A stretch of DNA of 39,878 nt from IMG/VR virus record IMGVR_UViG_3300047994_000103, positions 1 through 39,878 of that record, one strand, 5' to 3'. Below the pieces are notes generated by a model. It did not search any database. It worked only from the letters and a program-made list of their open reading frames with translations, and was not told the DNA's origin. Shown here piece after piece: positions 23,633-31,711 of this stretch. The stretch is from a virus. How positions within the stretch are numbered: position 1 is the first letter of the stretch; each line of letters begins with the position of its first letter. The position numbers and the translations under genes were made by a program.

Positions 23633-24171
23633 TGAAGAACTTTCTCCGCATTGGTCAAAACTGGGTTGTCATGCCACTGTTGTTAGAACTTCAACGCAAT
23701 CCGCACTTGTGGAATCAGAATCTTTTGAGAACCACGCATGTAAATAGCCCACACGCGCAGGTTGAAGACATTTGGCTTCGATTTAACGAGATTCCCGAAG
23801 ACGTTTCTCGTGTTCTTGACGAACACGAGTCAATTGACTATCCTGCAATGAAAGAACTTGTTAATGCACGCTTACTTGTTATGAGCGTTTTTCAAGCTAC
23901 CTCAGGTATCCGGCTTGGGCGTGCAATGATTACTAAATTGTCTCCCGGAAAGTCAATCACCCCTCATGTAGACAGCGGTTCCCACGCTGCTTACTACGAC
24001 CGATACCATTTGTGTTTGCAAAGTAGCCCCGGTTGTTTGTTTCGTGGTGACAACGAACAGGTTTCTATGCAACCGGGCGAATTGTGGTGGTTTCAGAACC
24101 AATCCATGCACGAAGTCGTCAACAACTCGACCGTTGATCGTATCCATCTTATTGTGGACGTTCATCACTAG
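23632..24171 (+). CDS. Asp/Asn beta-hydroxylase-family 2OG-Fe(II) oxygenase-like cupin
   Basis: LSPGKSITPHVDSG ... YDRYHLCL ... MQPGELWWFQNQSMHEVVNNSTVDRIHLIVD matches the H-x-D ... H facial triad and the C-terminal signature of the AspH/LpxO family. Confidence 0.7.
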   Translation: MKNFLRIGQNWVVMPLLLELQRNPHLWNQNLLRTTHVNSPHAQVEDIWLRFNEIPEDVSRVLDEHESIDYPAMKELVNARLLVMSVFQATSGIRLGRAMITKLSPGKSITPHVDSGSHAAYYDRYHLCLQSSPGCLFRGDNEQVSMQPGELWWFQNQSMHEVVNNSTVDRIHLIVDVHH

Positions 24172-24172
24172 C

Positions 24173-24631
24173 ATGATTACATATCAGATAGAACAGTGGC
24201 CTGATATTGTTACAGAAATGGTCCCACTTTTTGCCGACCACTGGAAAGAAGTGGCTGTGAATCAAGACACAGTTCCTCTTGATATTGATTACGCCCAATA
24301 CGATATTCTTTATTCTCAAGGTCAACTTCACATAACAACTGCCCGAAAAGATGGCATTTTAATTGCATATGACGCCCGTATTATCCGGACGCATATCCAT
24401 TACAAATCTACCTTGTTTGCTTTTCCAGATGTTTATTATGTTGCTCCTTTGTTTAGACGGGGGAGGACTGTTTGGAAGTTTTTTCAATTCACCGAGGATA
24501 CTTTGCGATCACGAGGAGTTAAGGTTATCTTGACAATGACCAAAAAACACTTGGACGCCTCGCGTTTGTTTGCTGCTCTGGGTCACACTGAAACAGAAGC
24601 GGTGTTTATGAAATTCGTGGGAGAACGCTGA
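24173..24631 (+). CDS. GNAT-like acyltransferase candidate (152 aa)
   Basis: Track ORF 24044-24631 trimmed to ATG 24173. The overall pattern (HWKEV..., DGILIAY, YVAPLFRRGRTVWKFF, LRSRGVKVI) resembles phage GNAT proteins, but the CoA-binding motif is imperfect. Confidence 0.45.
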   Translation: MITYQIEQWPDIVTEMVPLFADHWKEVAVNQDTVPLDIDYAQYDILYSQGQLHITTARKDGILIAYDARIIRTHIHYKSTLFAFPDVYYVAPLFRRGRTVWKFFQFTEDTLRSRGVKVILTMTKKHLDASRLFAALGHTETEAVFMKFVGER

Positions 24632-25410
24632 TGGCTATTGTAGCAGCAGGTATTGGCGCAGCAGGCGTTATTGGTGGCGCAGTTATCTCCGGAAATGCCT
24701 CCCAAAGCGCCGCAAATACCCAACAAAACGCGGCTAACACTGCCACTGCGTTGCAAGGCCAGATTTATAACAACAACGTCACTCTCGAACAGCCATACAA
24801 CCAAGCCGGTTTGCAGTCCCTTTCGACGTTGCAGCAGTATCTCGGTCAAGGCAACAATACAATCGGGTCGGCCTACGGCTCGTTTTTGCAGCCTTTCAAC
24901 GATACGACGTTTCAAAACGACCCGGGGTATCAGTTCCAATTGCAACAGGGCCAACAGGCTCTGGAGCGCCAAAATGCCGCAGGTGGCACTTTGCTTTCGG
25001 GGAAGGCGACAAAAGATTCCCAGAATTTCGCTCAAGGTCTCGCCTCGACCGGCTACGACGATGCCTTTAATCGCTATAACACTGAACAGGGCAATATCTA
25101 CAATCGCTTGATGGGTTTGACGAATCTTGGTCAAAGTGCAGCGAGTTTCACCGCGCAGCAGGGAAGCAACTACGCTAACCAAGCCGGTCAAAACATTATC
25201 GGAGCGGGAAATGCCGCTGCGGCTGGTCAAGTAGGAACTGCAAATGCCATCAGCAATGGTCTTAATGGTGTAGGAAACAGCGCCTTGACTGCGTATTTGT
25301 TGAATAACTCTCAACAAAACTACGGCTCTGGGTATACAAATTCCAACAATCAAACAAGTCCCTATAACAATGCCTATGAGGGTACCGGCTACGACCCCGG
25401 TGTGGATTAA
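24631..25410 (+). CDS. Ejection/internal virion protein (P22 gp7 position)
   Basis: 259 aa with a Gly/Ala hydrophobic N-terminus MAIVAAGIGAAGVIGGAVISG. Gln/Asn/Gly-rich. Contains a DPGYQFQLQQGQQALERQNAAGGTLLSG motif that I associate, from memory, with podovirus internal proteins. Confidence 0.55.
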   Translation: MAIVAAGIGAAGVIGGAVISGNASQSAANTQQNAANTATALQGQIYNNNVTLEQPYNQAGLQSLSTLQQYLGQGNNTIGSAYGSFLQPFNDTTFQNDPGYQFQLQQGQQALERQNAAGGTLLSGKATKDSQNFAQGLASTGYDDAFNRYNTEQGNIYNRLMGLTNLGQSAASFTAQQGSNYANQAGQNIIGAGNAAAAGQVGTANAISNGLNGVGNSALTAYLLNNSQQNYGSGYTNSNNQTSPYNNAYEGTGYDPGVD

Positions 25411-25412
25411 CT

Positions 25413-26780
25413 ATGCCTGTTGACGCATCAATTCCGCTCCAAGCAGGTCAAGGCGTTACGCCTATTGATCCTATTTCTCTTTTGACCCGCACGTTTGCTT
25501 TAAAACAAGCTCAACGGGAAGCCGACCAACAAGATCAAGCAGCGCAGCAGCAAAGTGCATTGCAGCAGTATTTGCAGGGTCCGGGCCTTACCGGGGACAA
25601 TGGTTTGTTGAACGCGCAGGGTCTTGCGGGGTTGCAGCAATTCGGCAAAGCTGGCGCAGACATCATCAAGTCGAATGCTGATGCTACTAAAACCTTTGCC
25701 GATGCTGGCAACACGCAACAAGACGTGCAGACCAAAAAGGCTGCCCTGCTTGGTGGAGCATTGACTGCCCTGCACGATGATCCTTCGGATGAAACAGTCA
25801 ATACTGTTTTGGACAGCGGTCCATATGCAAATGATCCTGTTGCTCAACAAGTCAAACAGCGGTTGTTGTCCACGAACGACCCTACACAGCGCCGGGCATT
25901 GATCGCGTCGATTGCTAACCAGACTCCTGTTGGGCAAGCTGCGATGAAAGAGGTTGCGCCGACATTCGAGAGAGTTATCGAAGGGACAAGGGCTCGGTTT
26001 GTTCAGACCAACCCGCAAGCCGGTCCGACAGGCTATGTTGACCAGAATGCGTCGTATTGGAAAAACCACGGTTTGTTTGCCGGGGATGTGCTTTCGACTG
26101 TCGGTGCCACGGCTGACACGCTGGCTAACAACGCAACCCAGATTCAAACAACCGGCATGAATAATGCCACGTCACTTGCGACTACTAAAATGAACAACGA
26201 TACGTCGAGTGCCAACGTTGCTGCTCAAAATAACCCAGAAACCCAAGCTGCTGCCGCTGTCGCAAAGGATTCTGCCACGAAAGCCGCTGCATTGTCGAAG
26301 GCAACTGCTGCCCGTAAAGCGTGGGCGCAGAACATGACGCAATTAACCGAGCAGGCTCTGCAACAGACCGGCTTGCCTCAAGCGAATAGAGTAGCGACTG
26401 CTGCGCCTCATACTTCGGCTCTTGGGAAGTTTGTTTCGACAACGGTTCCCTCGCTAATTGGCATGGACGCTACGGACTCTGGGCGTCAAACAATGCTTTT
26501 GGATGCTACGTTGGCTTCTTTGAAACAAGCAGGTCGTACTGACCCGATTGCTACGCTGCGTGGCGCAACTACAAAACACCAGCTTGACCTTGAAGGCATG
26601 GCGCAAGGTGCAGGCAACATGGACCTACCAACAAAACGAGCTATATTGCAAACAAACCTTGCTCGATACAAGAAAATTGCGGCGGGCGACAATTCCGATG
26701 TCGATGAGTCGGGTTCTTCTGGTACTGAGCCGATCTCGTTTGTCCGTGACCCCAAGACAGGTAAAATCGTTCCTCAATGA
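25413..26780 (+). CDS. Ejection/internal virion protein (P22 gp20 position)
   Basis: 455 aa, Ala/Gln/Thr-rich. Synteny and size (gp20 about 471 aa). Confidence 0.5.
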   Translation: MPVDASIPLQAGQGVTPIDPISLLTRTFALKQAQREADQQDQAAQQQSALQQYLQGPGLTGDNGLLNAQGLAGLQQFGKAGADIIKSNADATKTFADAGNTQQDVQTKKAALLGGALTALHDDPSDETVNTVLDSGPYANDPVAQQVKQRLLSTNDPTQRRALIASIANQTPVGQAAMKEVAPTFERVIEGTRARFVQTNPQAGPTGYVDQNASYWKNHGLFAGDVLSTVGATADTLANNATQIQTTGMNNATSLATTKMNNDTSSANVAAQNNPETQAAAAVAKDSATKAAALSKATAARKAWAQNMTQLTEQALQQTGLPQANRVATAAPHTSALGKFVSTTVPSLIGMDATDSGRQTMLLDATLASLKQAGRTDPIATLRGATTKHQLDLEGMAQGAGNMDLPTKRAILQTNLARYKKIAAGDNSDVDESGSSGTEPISFVRDPKTGKIVPQ

Positions 26781-28630
26781 AGCCCGTAACGTTTGAAGGC
26801 AAAACGTACCAGTTCCCGGATGATGCTACGCCGGAAGAAATTGCGGGTGCTTTGAACGAGCATCACGATGTTGCTGCGCCTGCGGCTCAAGCTGCGCCAG
26901 AAGCCCCAAGCGAAGATACTGCCAATCCGCAAAACTCACTCTGGGACTATCTGCGTGACCAACTTGTCAAAACTGGAAATGTAGTGCAAGGTGCGGGCCG
27001 TGCAACTGTTGCTCCCCTTTTGGGTGCTGCACAGAAAATCGAACAGGGGGTTCGTGCGGTTCCCGGTGGAGACAAAGTCTTCACTGATGACGACTACGCA
27101 ACTGCGCAGGATTTAATTGACCGCAACAAACAGGCTTTGGGTGATCTTCGCAATCAGCCGGGTGGGTTAATTGGTCAAATGGCAGGAGGTGCAGGAACAT
27201 ATGCTGTTGGTGGTGGTGCGCTGGGCGCAATGAAACTTCCTGCCGCACTTTCTGGTGCCGGTGCTTTGTATAACACCGCGAAAGCTGTTCCTGTTGTTCG
27301 CAGTGTGCTGCCAGTAGTGAACGCAGCAGGTGCAGGTGCAGCATATGGTGCTTCGCAGCCTGTTGCGAGCGATGAAACTGCTAGCGGCAATATGGTGCTT
27401 AGTGCTTTGATGGGTGCCGGCGGTCGTGTCGCAGGAAACGCTCTTAGCTACCTCGGCGGAGCCGTTAAACCACTTGGCGACGTGATAACACAGTCCGCCA
27501 AAGATTCCTATGCAAATCTCACTGCGCAAGGAGTGACGCCAAACGTCAACCAACTCGTCGAAGGTGTGCCGCTTACTTTCCCTCAGCGCGTGGCAAAACT
27601 CGTTGGAACGGCGATTGGATCACCTTCGGCAACAACGCAGTCCGAAGACCTTGCAAAAGCGGTTGCAAAACAAACGGGTCTCCCGTCGCTTTCCCGTCAA
27701 GATATCGCGGCAGGGCTTGATGAAGCTGGCTCTCGGATTGGAAATGCCGTCAAAGATCAAACCATCAATTTGAACAACCCAACTACCATAAAGGCTGTTG
27801 AGGAATTCCGAGCAAAACAAGCAGCACTGCCCGAGGCAAGTCAATCGAAAAAGTCCTTGGGGTATTTGCAAGACCTATTCGGATCAAAAGAAACTGTTGA
27901 TAACCCGGAAGCCCTCAAACTTATTACGCAAATGAAAGCGCAGAACTTTGATGACACAACAATCACTAAAGTTTTAAGCCAATATCAGATTCCTAGGACG
28001 ATTGAAAACAGTATTCCGGGCAAGTATCCGACCGGCGAATTGCCAGGCGAGCTTTACCAAACAATCCGGTCTGGAATCGGTGAGGATGCCTCTAAAGCCT
28101 TCAAATCTGACACAGATAGTGGGACAAAACTTAACGAAGTCAAATCGATTCTTGATGATGCTGCGCAGGCTTCACTGCCGCCAAAGCAAGCTGATGCGCT
28201 TATCAAGGCTCGTAATGACTATCAAATGCGTTTGATTGCACAGGATTCGCTTGGAAACACTAACTCTGGTACTGTCAAACCAGCCGATCTTGCAACTGCG
28301 TTGGAACGTCATGCTCCAAAAGAGTTTGCATCGTTGCAAGGAAAAGATGGTCCGATCGCGTTGTCTCAACTTGCACAATCGGCTAATCAGCTTTTGATTA
28401 AACAGCCTTCGCAGGAACAAACAGCGTTGCATTCGGCTGCCGCTGCCGGTGGTCATTTACTTGGCATCCCCGGCGGTCATGCACTCGGCCACCTTGCAAT
28501 TGCACCTTCCGCAAGTCGCGGCATCACGTCCACCATGCTTGCCCAATACTTGATGCGTAACCCAAAAACGCCGGTTGCCCCCAACCTGCTCCAAACCCTC
28601 GGCATCGTTGGTGCCAACGAGACACAATAA
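26777..28630 (+). CDS. Ejection/internal virion protein (P22 gp16 position)
   Basis: 617 aa with a Gly/Ala-rich hydrophobic stretch. Synteny and size (gp16 about 609 aa). ATGA overlap with the previous gene. Confidence 0.5.
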   Translation: MKPVTFEGKTYQFPDDATPEEIAGALNEHHDVAAPAAQAAPEAPSEDTANPQNSLWDYLRDQLVKTGNVVQGAGRATVAPLLGAAQKIEQGVRAVPGGDKVFTDDDYATAQDLIDRNKQALGDLRNQPGGLIGQMAGGAGTYAVGGGALGAMKLPAALSGAGALYNTAKAVPVVRSVLPVVNAAGAGAAYGASQPVASDETASGNMVLSALMGAGGRVAGNALSYLGGAVKPLGDVITQSAKDSYANLTAQGVTPNVNQLVEGVPLTFPQRVAKLVGTAIGSPSATTQSEDLAKAVAKQTGLPSLSRQDIAAGLDEAGSRIGNAVKDQTINLNNPTTIKAVEEFRAKQAALPEASQSKKSLGYLQDLFGSKETVDNPEALKLITQMKAQNFDDTTITKVLSQYQIPRTIENSIPGKYPTGELPGELYQTIRSGIGEDASKAFKSDTDSGTKLNEVKSILDDAAQASLPPKQADALIKARNDYQMRLIAQDSLGNTNSGTVKPADLATALERHAPKEFASLQGKDGPIALSQLAQSANQLLIKQPSQEQTALHSAAAAGGHLLGIPGGHALGHLAIAPSASRGITSTMLAQYLMRNPKTPVAPNLLQTLGIVGANETQ

Positions 28631-30456
28631 TGGCTACTGGAACTACCGCCGCACTTTCCAAACTATTTTTTCCCGACATCAACGGCATTCCAGTTGTTTC
28701 GGGTCGCGTCCAAACATACATCGCAGGGACCACAACAAACGCCCCCACATACACGAACTCTGCTTTGACAGTAGCCAACACGAATCCGGTTATTTTAGAT
28801 AACTTCGGTTCCGGGACATTTTGGTTTGACCCGTCCATCGTCTACGATTTGCAGGTTTCTAATTTGTTTGGTTCGGTTTTGTACACCATTCAAGGCGTGA
28901 ATGCGAGCAACTCAACAACAATTTTTTCTAGTTTGCTTTCTAGCTCCGCTGGTAGTGGTATTGATTTAATCGGTAATGGGGATGGAAGCCTCCCCACTAT
29001 TGCTGCGCTTCGTGCTTTTCCGCTGTCAGTCCTTTCCGGTTTGGTTGCTGGGCGCACGATGGTTAAGACTGTTCTCGAATATGCCACCGGGTCCGGACTA
29101 GGTGGTGGTCAATATAGTTGGCAACCTACCAACACGCAACCGGACAATAGCGGAACCGTTATCAACCCCACTGGCAATAGCGGCGCTGGTCGATGGATTC
29201 TTATCTATCAAGGTAGTGTTCTAGCAAGTCAATTCGGTTGCGTCGGCAATGGCACAGACGATTCAACAGCTTTGACTAATTTGTTTTCTTATTTGAGTGG
29301 TCCCGGCGCATCAGTCACGTTTGATCCCCAGTTTGCTGCTATGGGATTGACTCACAGTTTACCTCTAACTATTACGTTGGGCCAGTATGGGATGGTTTTG
29401 AATGGAAACAATGTAGTTCTAAAATGCACGGCTCCTGGTACGGCGGCTGCGATCACAATAACCCAAGCGGGAATCACTGGTGGGTATTCTCAACAAGTTT
29501 TCAAGGAAGTAATTTCTGATGTCTCCGCCAGCGGAGCCCTTGTCAACTTCGAGTGCCATAATAACAACTTTGCTCGATGGCTTGATTGCGAAGCACGAGG
29601 GAATAGCAATTCAGTCTGTTGGAGTAACATAAACGATTCTAACATCTACTCAGAGAACTGTCATTGGTACTCGCCTAAGATGATTAACTTCAAGCGAGCC
29701 ATATCATGGACGGTTGCAGGTGGCACTAACTCTTTCTCCCGCCACATGGTTTTCCATGCGTTTATTGCGGCCGGAAGCTTTGATTATGTGTTCTACACCA
29801 GCACTGATTCGGCTCTGTATGACTCGGTGATTTACGATATCTCCGGTAACGTGCAGGGTGCCGGAGACTTGTTCTATCTGGGTGGAGACTACGGCAATAG
29901 CAAGATAGACGGCATTCGAGTTGAGGGCATTAACTCAACCGGATACCTCGCAACTATTGCTGCTGGTGGAGTGCGCAAGCCGATTTTTGCAGGACCGCCG
30001 CCGATCAACGGCGCGTTCACAGGTGGCCTTATTCGAGGCGGCGGCAGCTATACAACAATCGATGGCGGAAACACTCAACAATTTTGGCCTGCCGTTTCAA
30101 TTCAGCGCGGACAAGCAGTGTGGGCAGAAGCTGGATTTAATCCGGGTGGCACGTCGGCGTTGCGCGCTTTTACTCAAACCAACGCTGCGCAGGGAACCGG
30201 ATACCCGATCACTACGCTGCAACCGAACGGCACATATATTCTTGCTGTTGCTACTGGCGGAGGTCCTAGTCAATTTGTGATCGCAGATAAAGCCAGCACT
30301 TTTGCCGTATCCAACGTTAATTATCTTAAGTCTCAACCTGGAAGCGGCGAGATTGTCTCCGTAACTTGGCCAGCGGCAAATACCCCACCAATAGTTACTG
30401 TTTCTGGTGGTTCTGGTGCTCGGACCATAACAGTTGCCGTTCTTGGAGCGCAGTGA
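28630..30456 (+). CDS. Tailspike / depolymerase (pectate-lyase-like beta-helix)
   Basis: Conserved spike N-terminus (LFFPDINGIPVVSGRVQTYIAGTTTNAPTYTNSALTVANTNPVILDNFG). SQFGCVGNGTDDSTALTNLF resembles the Pectate_lyase_3 start motif. Confidence 0.8.
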   Translation: MATGTTAALSKLFFPDINGIPVVSGRVQTYIAGTTTNAPTYTNSALTVANTNPVILDNFGSGTFWFDPSIVYDLQVSNLFGSVLYTIQGVNASNSTTIFSSLLSSSAGSGIDLIGNGDGSLPTIAALRAFPLSVLSGLVAGRTMVKTVLEYATGSGLGGGQYSWQPTNTQPDNSGTVINPTGNSGAGRWILIYQGSVLASQFGCVGNGTDDSTALTNLFSYLSGPGASVTFDPQFAAMGLTHSLPLTITLGQYGMVLNGNNVVLKCTAPGTAAAITITQAGITGGYSQQVFKEVISDVSASGALVNFECHNNNFARWLDCEARGNSNSVCWSNINDSNIYSENCHWYSPKMINFKRAISWTVAGGTNSFSRHMVFHAFIAAGSFDYVFYTSTDSALYDSVIYDISGNVQGAGDLFYLGGDYGNSKIDGIRVEGINSTGYLATIAAGGVRKPIFAGPPPINGAFTGGLIRGGGSYTTIDGGNTQQFWPAVSIQRGQAVWAEAGFNPGGTSALRAFTQTNAAQGTGYPITTLQPNGTYILAVATGGGPSQFVIADKASTFAVSNVNYLKSQPGSGEIVSVTWPAANTPPIVTVSGGSGARTITVAVLGAQ

Positions 30457-30890
30457 TGGACTCTTTATTTGGACAACTTAAACGAGACGAAGGGTTTTAT
30501 AATACAGCGTATCCTGATCCAATAACGCACGCAGAGCCGTGGACAATTGGCGTAGGTCACACTGGCCCGGAAGTCCACAAAGGGCTCGTCTGGACGGATG
30601 CGCAAGTGTTGCAAGCCCTCGAAAACGATATCAACACCCATGATCGCGCGTTGTTTTTAAATGCGCCGTGGGCTGCCACACTCGATGATGCACGCAAAGG
30701 TGTACTGCGCAATATGTGTTTCAATATGGGTTGGCCTCGTCTGAGCGCATTCCACAAGTTTTTGGCAGCAATGCAATCGGGACACTGGGCAACCGCGAGC
30801 GCGGAGATGGAAAACTCGGAGTGGTTTCATCAAGTTGGCTTGAGGGCACTTCGGTTGCAAAAACAAGTTATTTTGGGAGAATGGCAATGA
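30456..30890 (+). CDS. Endolysin, T4-type lysozyme (GH24)
   Basis: Track ORF trimmed to ATG 30456 (TGATG overlap). LKRDEGFYNTAYPDPITHAEPWTIGVGH carries the Glu/Asp/Thr catalytic triad with T4-like spacing. Confidence 0.9.
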   Translation: MDSLFGQLKRDEGFYNTAYPDPITHAEPWTIGVGHTGPEVHKGLVWTDAQVLQALENDINTHDRALFLNAPWAATLDDARKGVLRNMCFNMGWPRLSAFHKFLAAMQSGHWATASAEMENSEWFHQVGLRALRLQKQVILGEWQ

Positions 30891-31348
30891 GTGGATTGAT
30901 GCCGTGGGATTCAATCGTCGATCTTGGGAAGGATTTGATTGACAAATTTATCCCGGATAAAACAAAGGCGATGGAGTTAAAGGCGCAGATGGACGCTGCG
31001 CAACAAGCAGGGCAATTACAAGAACTCTCACTCGCATATGACAATGCTAACAAACAAGCCGACACAAACACAGCAGAAGCGAATGCTGCGGCTGGCAAAC
31101 TGAGCGCATTCGGGGCATTTTTTGTCGCAGGATGGAGGCCGGCGTGTGGTTGGGTTTGCGCGGTAACGCTTATTTATCAAACTATCGTGAGGGATGCCGT
31201 TGCAGTAGGTGCGTCCTTGGTGCAACACACCGCAGTAATCCTGCCCCCTCTCGATACGCAGTTGACTACTACCGCCCTTCTCGGAATGCTTGGTTTGGGC
31301 GCCATGCGTTCTGTCGATAAATACACGGGCAATTCAGGCGGCCATTGA
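30887..31348 (+). CDS. Holin, 3-TM type
   Basis: Track ORF trimmed to ATG 30887 (ATGA overlap). DLIDKFIPDKTKAMELKAQMD N-terminus and three hydrophobic segments, as in the Holin-of-3TMs family. Confidence 0.65.
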   Translation: MSGLMPWDSIVDLGKDLIDKFIPDKTKAMELKAQMDAAQQAGQLQELSLAYDNANKQADTNTAEANAAAGKLSAFGAFFVAGWRPACGWVCAVTLIYQTIVRDAVAVGASLVQHTAVILPPLDTQLTTTALLGMLGLGAMRSVDKYTGNSGGH

Positions 31349-31349
31349 T

Positions 31350-31709
31350 ATGACTCGTCGTCCACCAATAGATCGCAGGTCTACAGTACAGGGGGAGGGT
31401 CGCCGAGTGACGGATCGTGAGCGTATGCAAGAGATGCACGACGAAAATAAAGAAGGCATCAACGGACTCACGAACGGATTGAATCTTTTAATTCAACGTA
31501 TGGGACAGTTTGACGTGAGATTCGATAAGATCGACTCTAAGTTAGACGAACATTCCAGTTTTGAGACGGAAATCACAGTCCAAGGTGGAAAGATTGATAC
31601 TCTCGAAAAAAAACAAAATGAGACGGAATCCCGTATTTGGTACATTGTGATTGCCCTGCTAGGGTTTGTTTTGGAGCAACTCTACAAGTATCTTGGTGAC
31701 AAGCATTGA
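31350..31709 (+). CDS. Tail-anchored coiled-coil membrane protein (lysis-associated?; XhlA-like architecture)
   Basis: Track ORF trimmed to ATG 31350. Arg-rich N-terminus, coiled coil, single C-terminal TM IWYIVIALLGFVL. Last gene of the late block. Confidence 0.5.
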   Translation: MTRRPPIDRRSTVQGEGRRVTDRERMQEMHDENKEGINGLTNGLNLLIQRMGQFDVRFDKIDSKLDEHSSFETEITVQGGKIDTLEKKQNETESRIWYIVIALLGFVLEQLYKYLGDKH

Positions 31710-31711
31710 GG

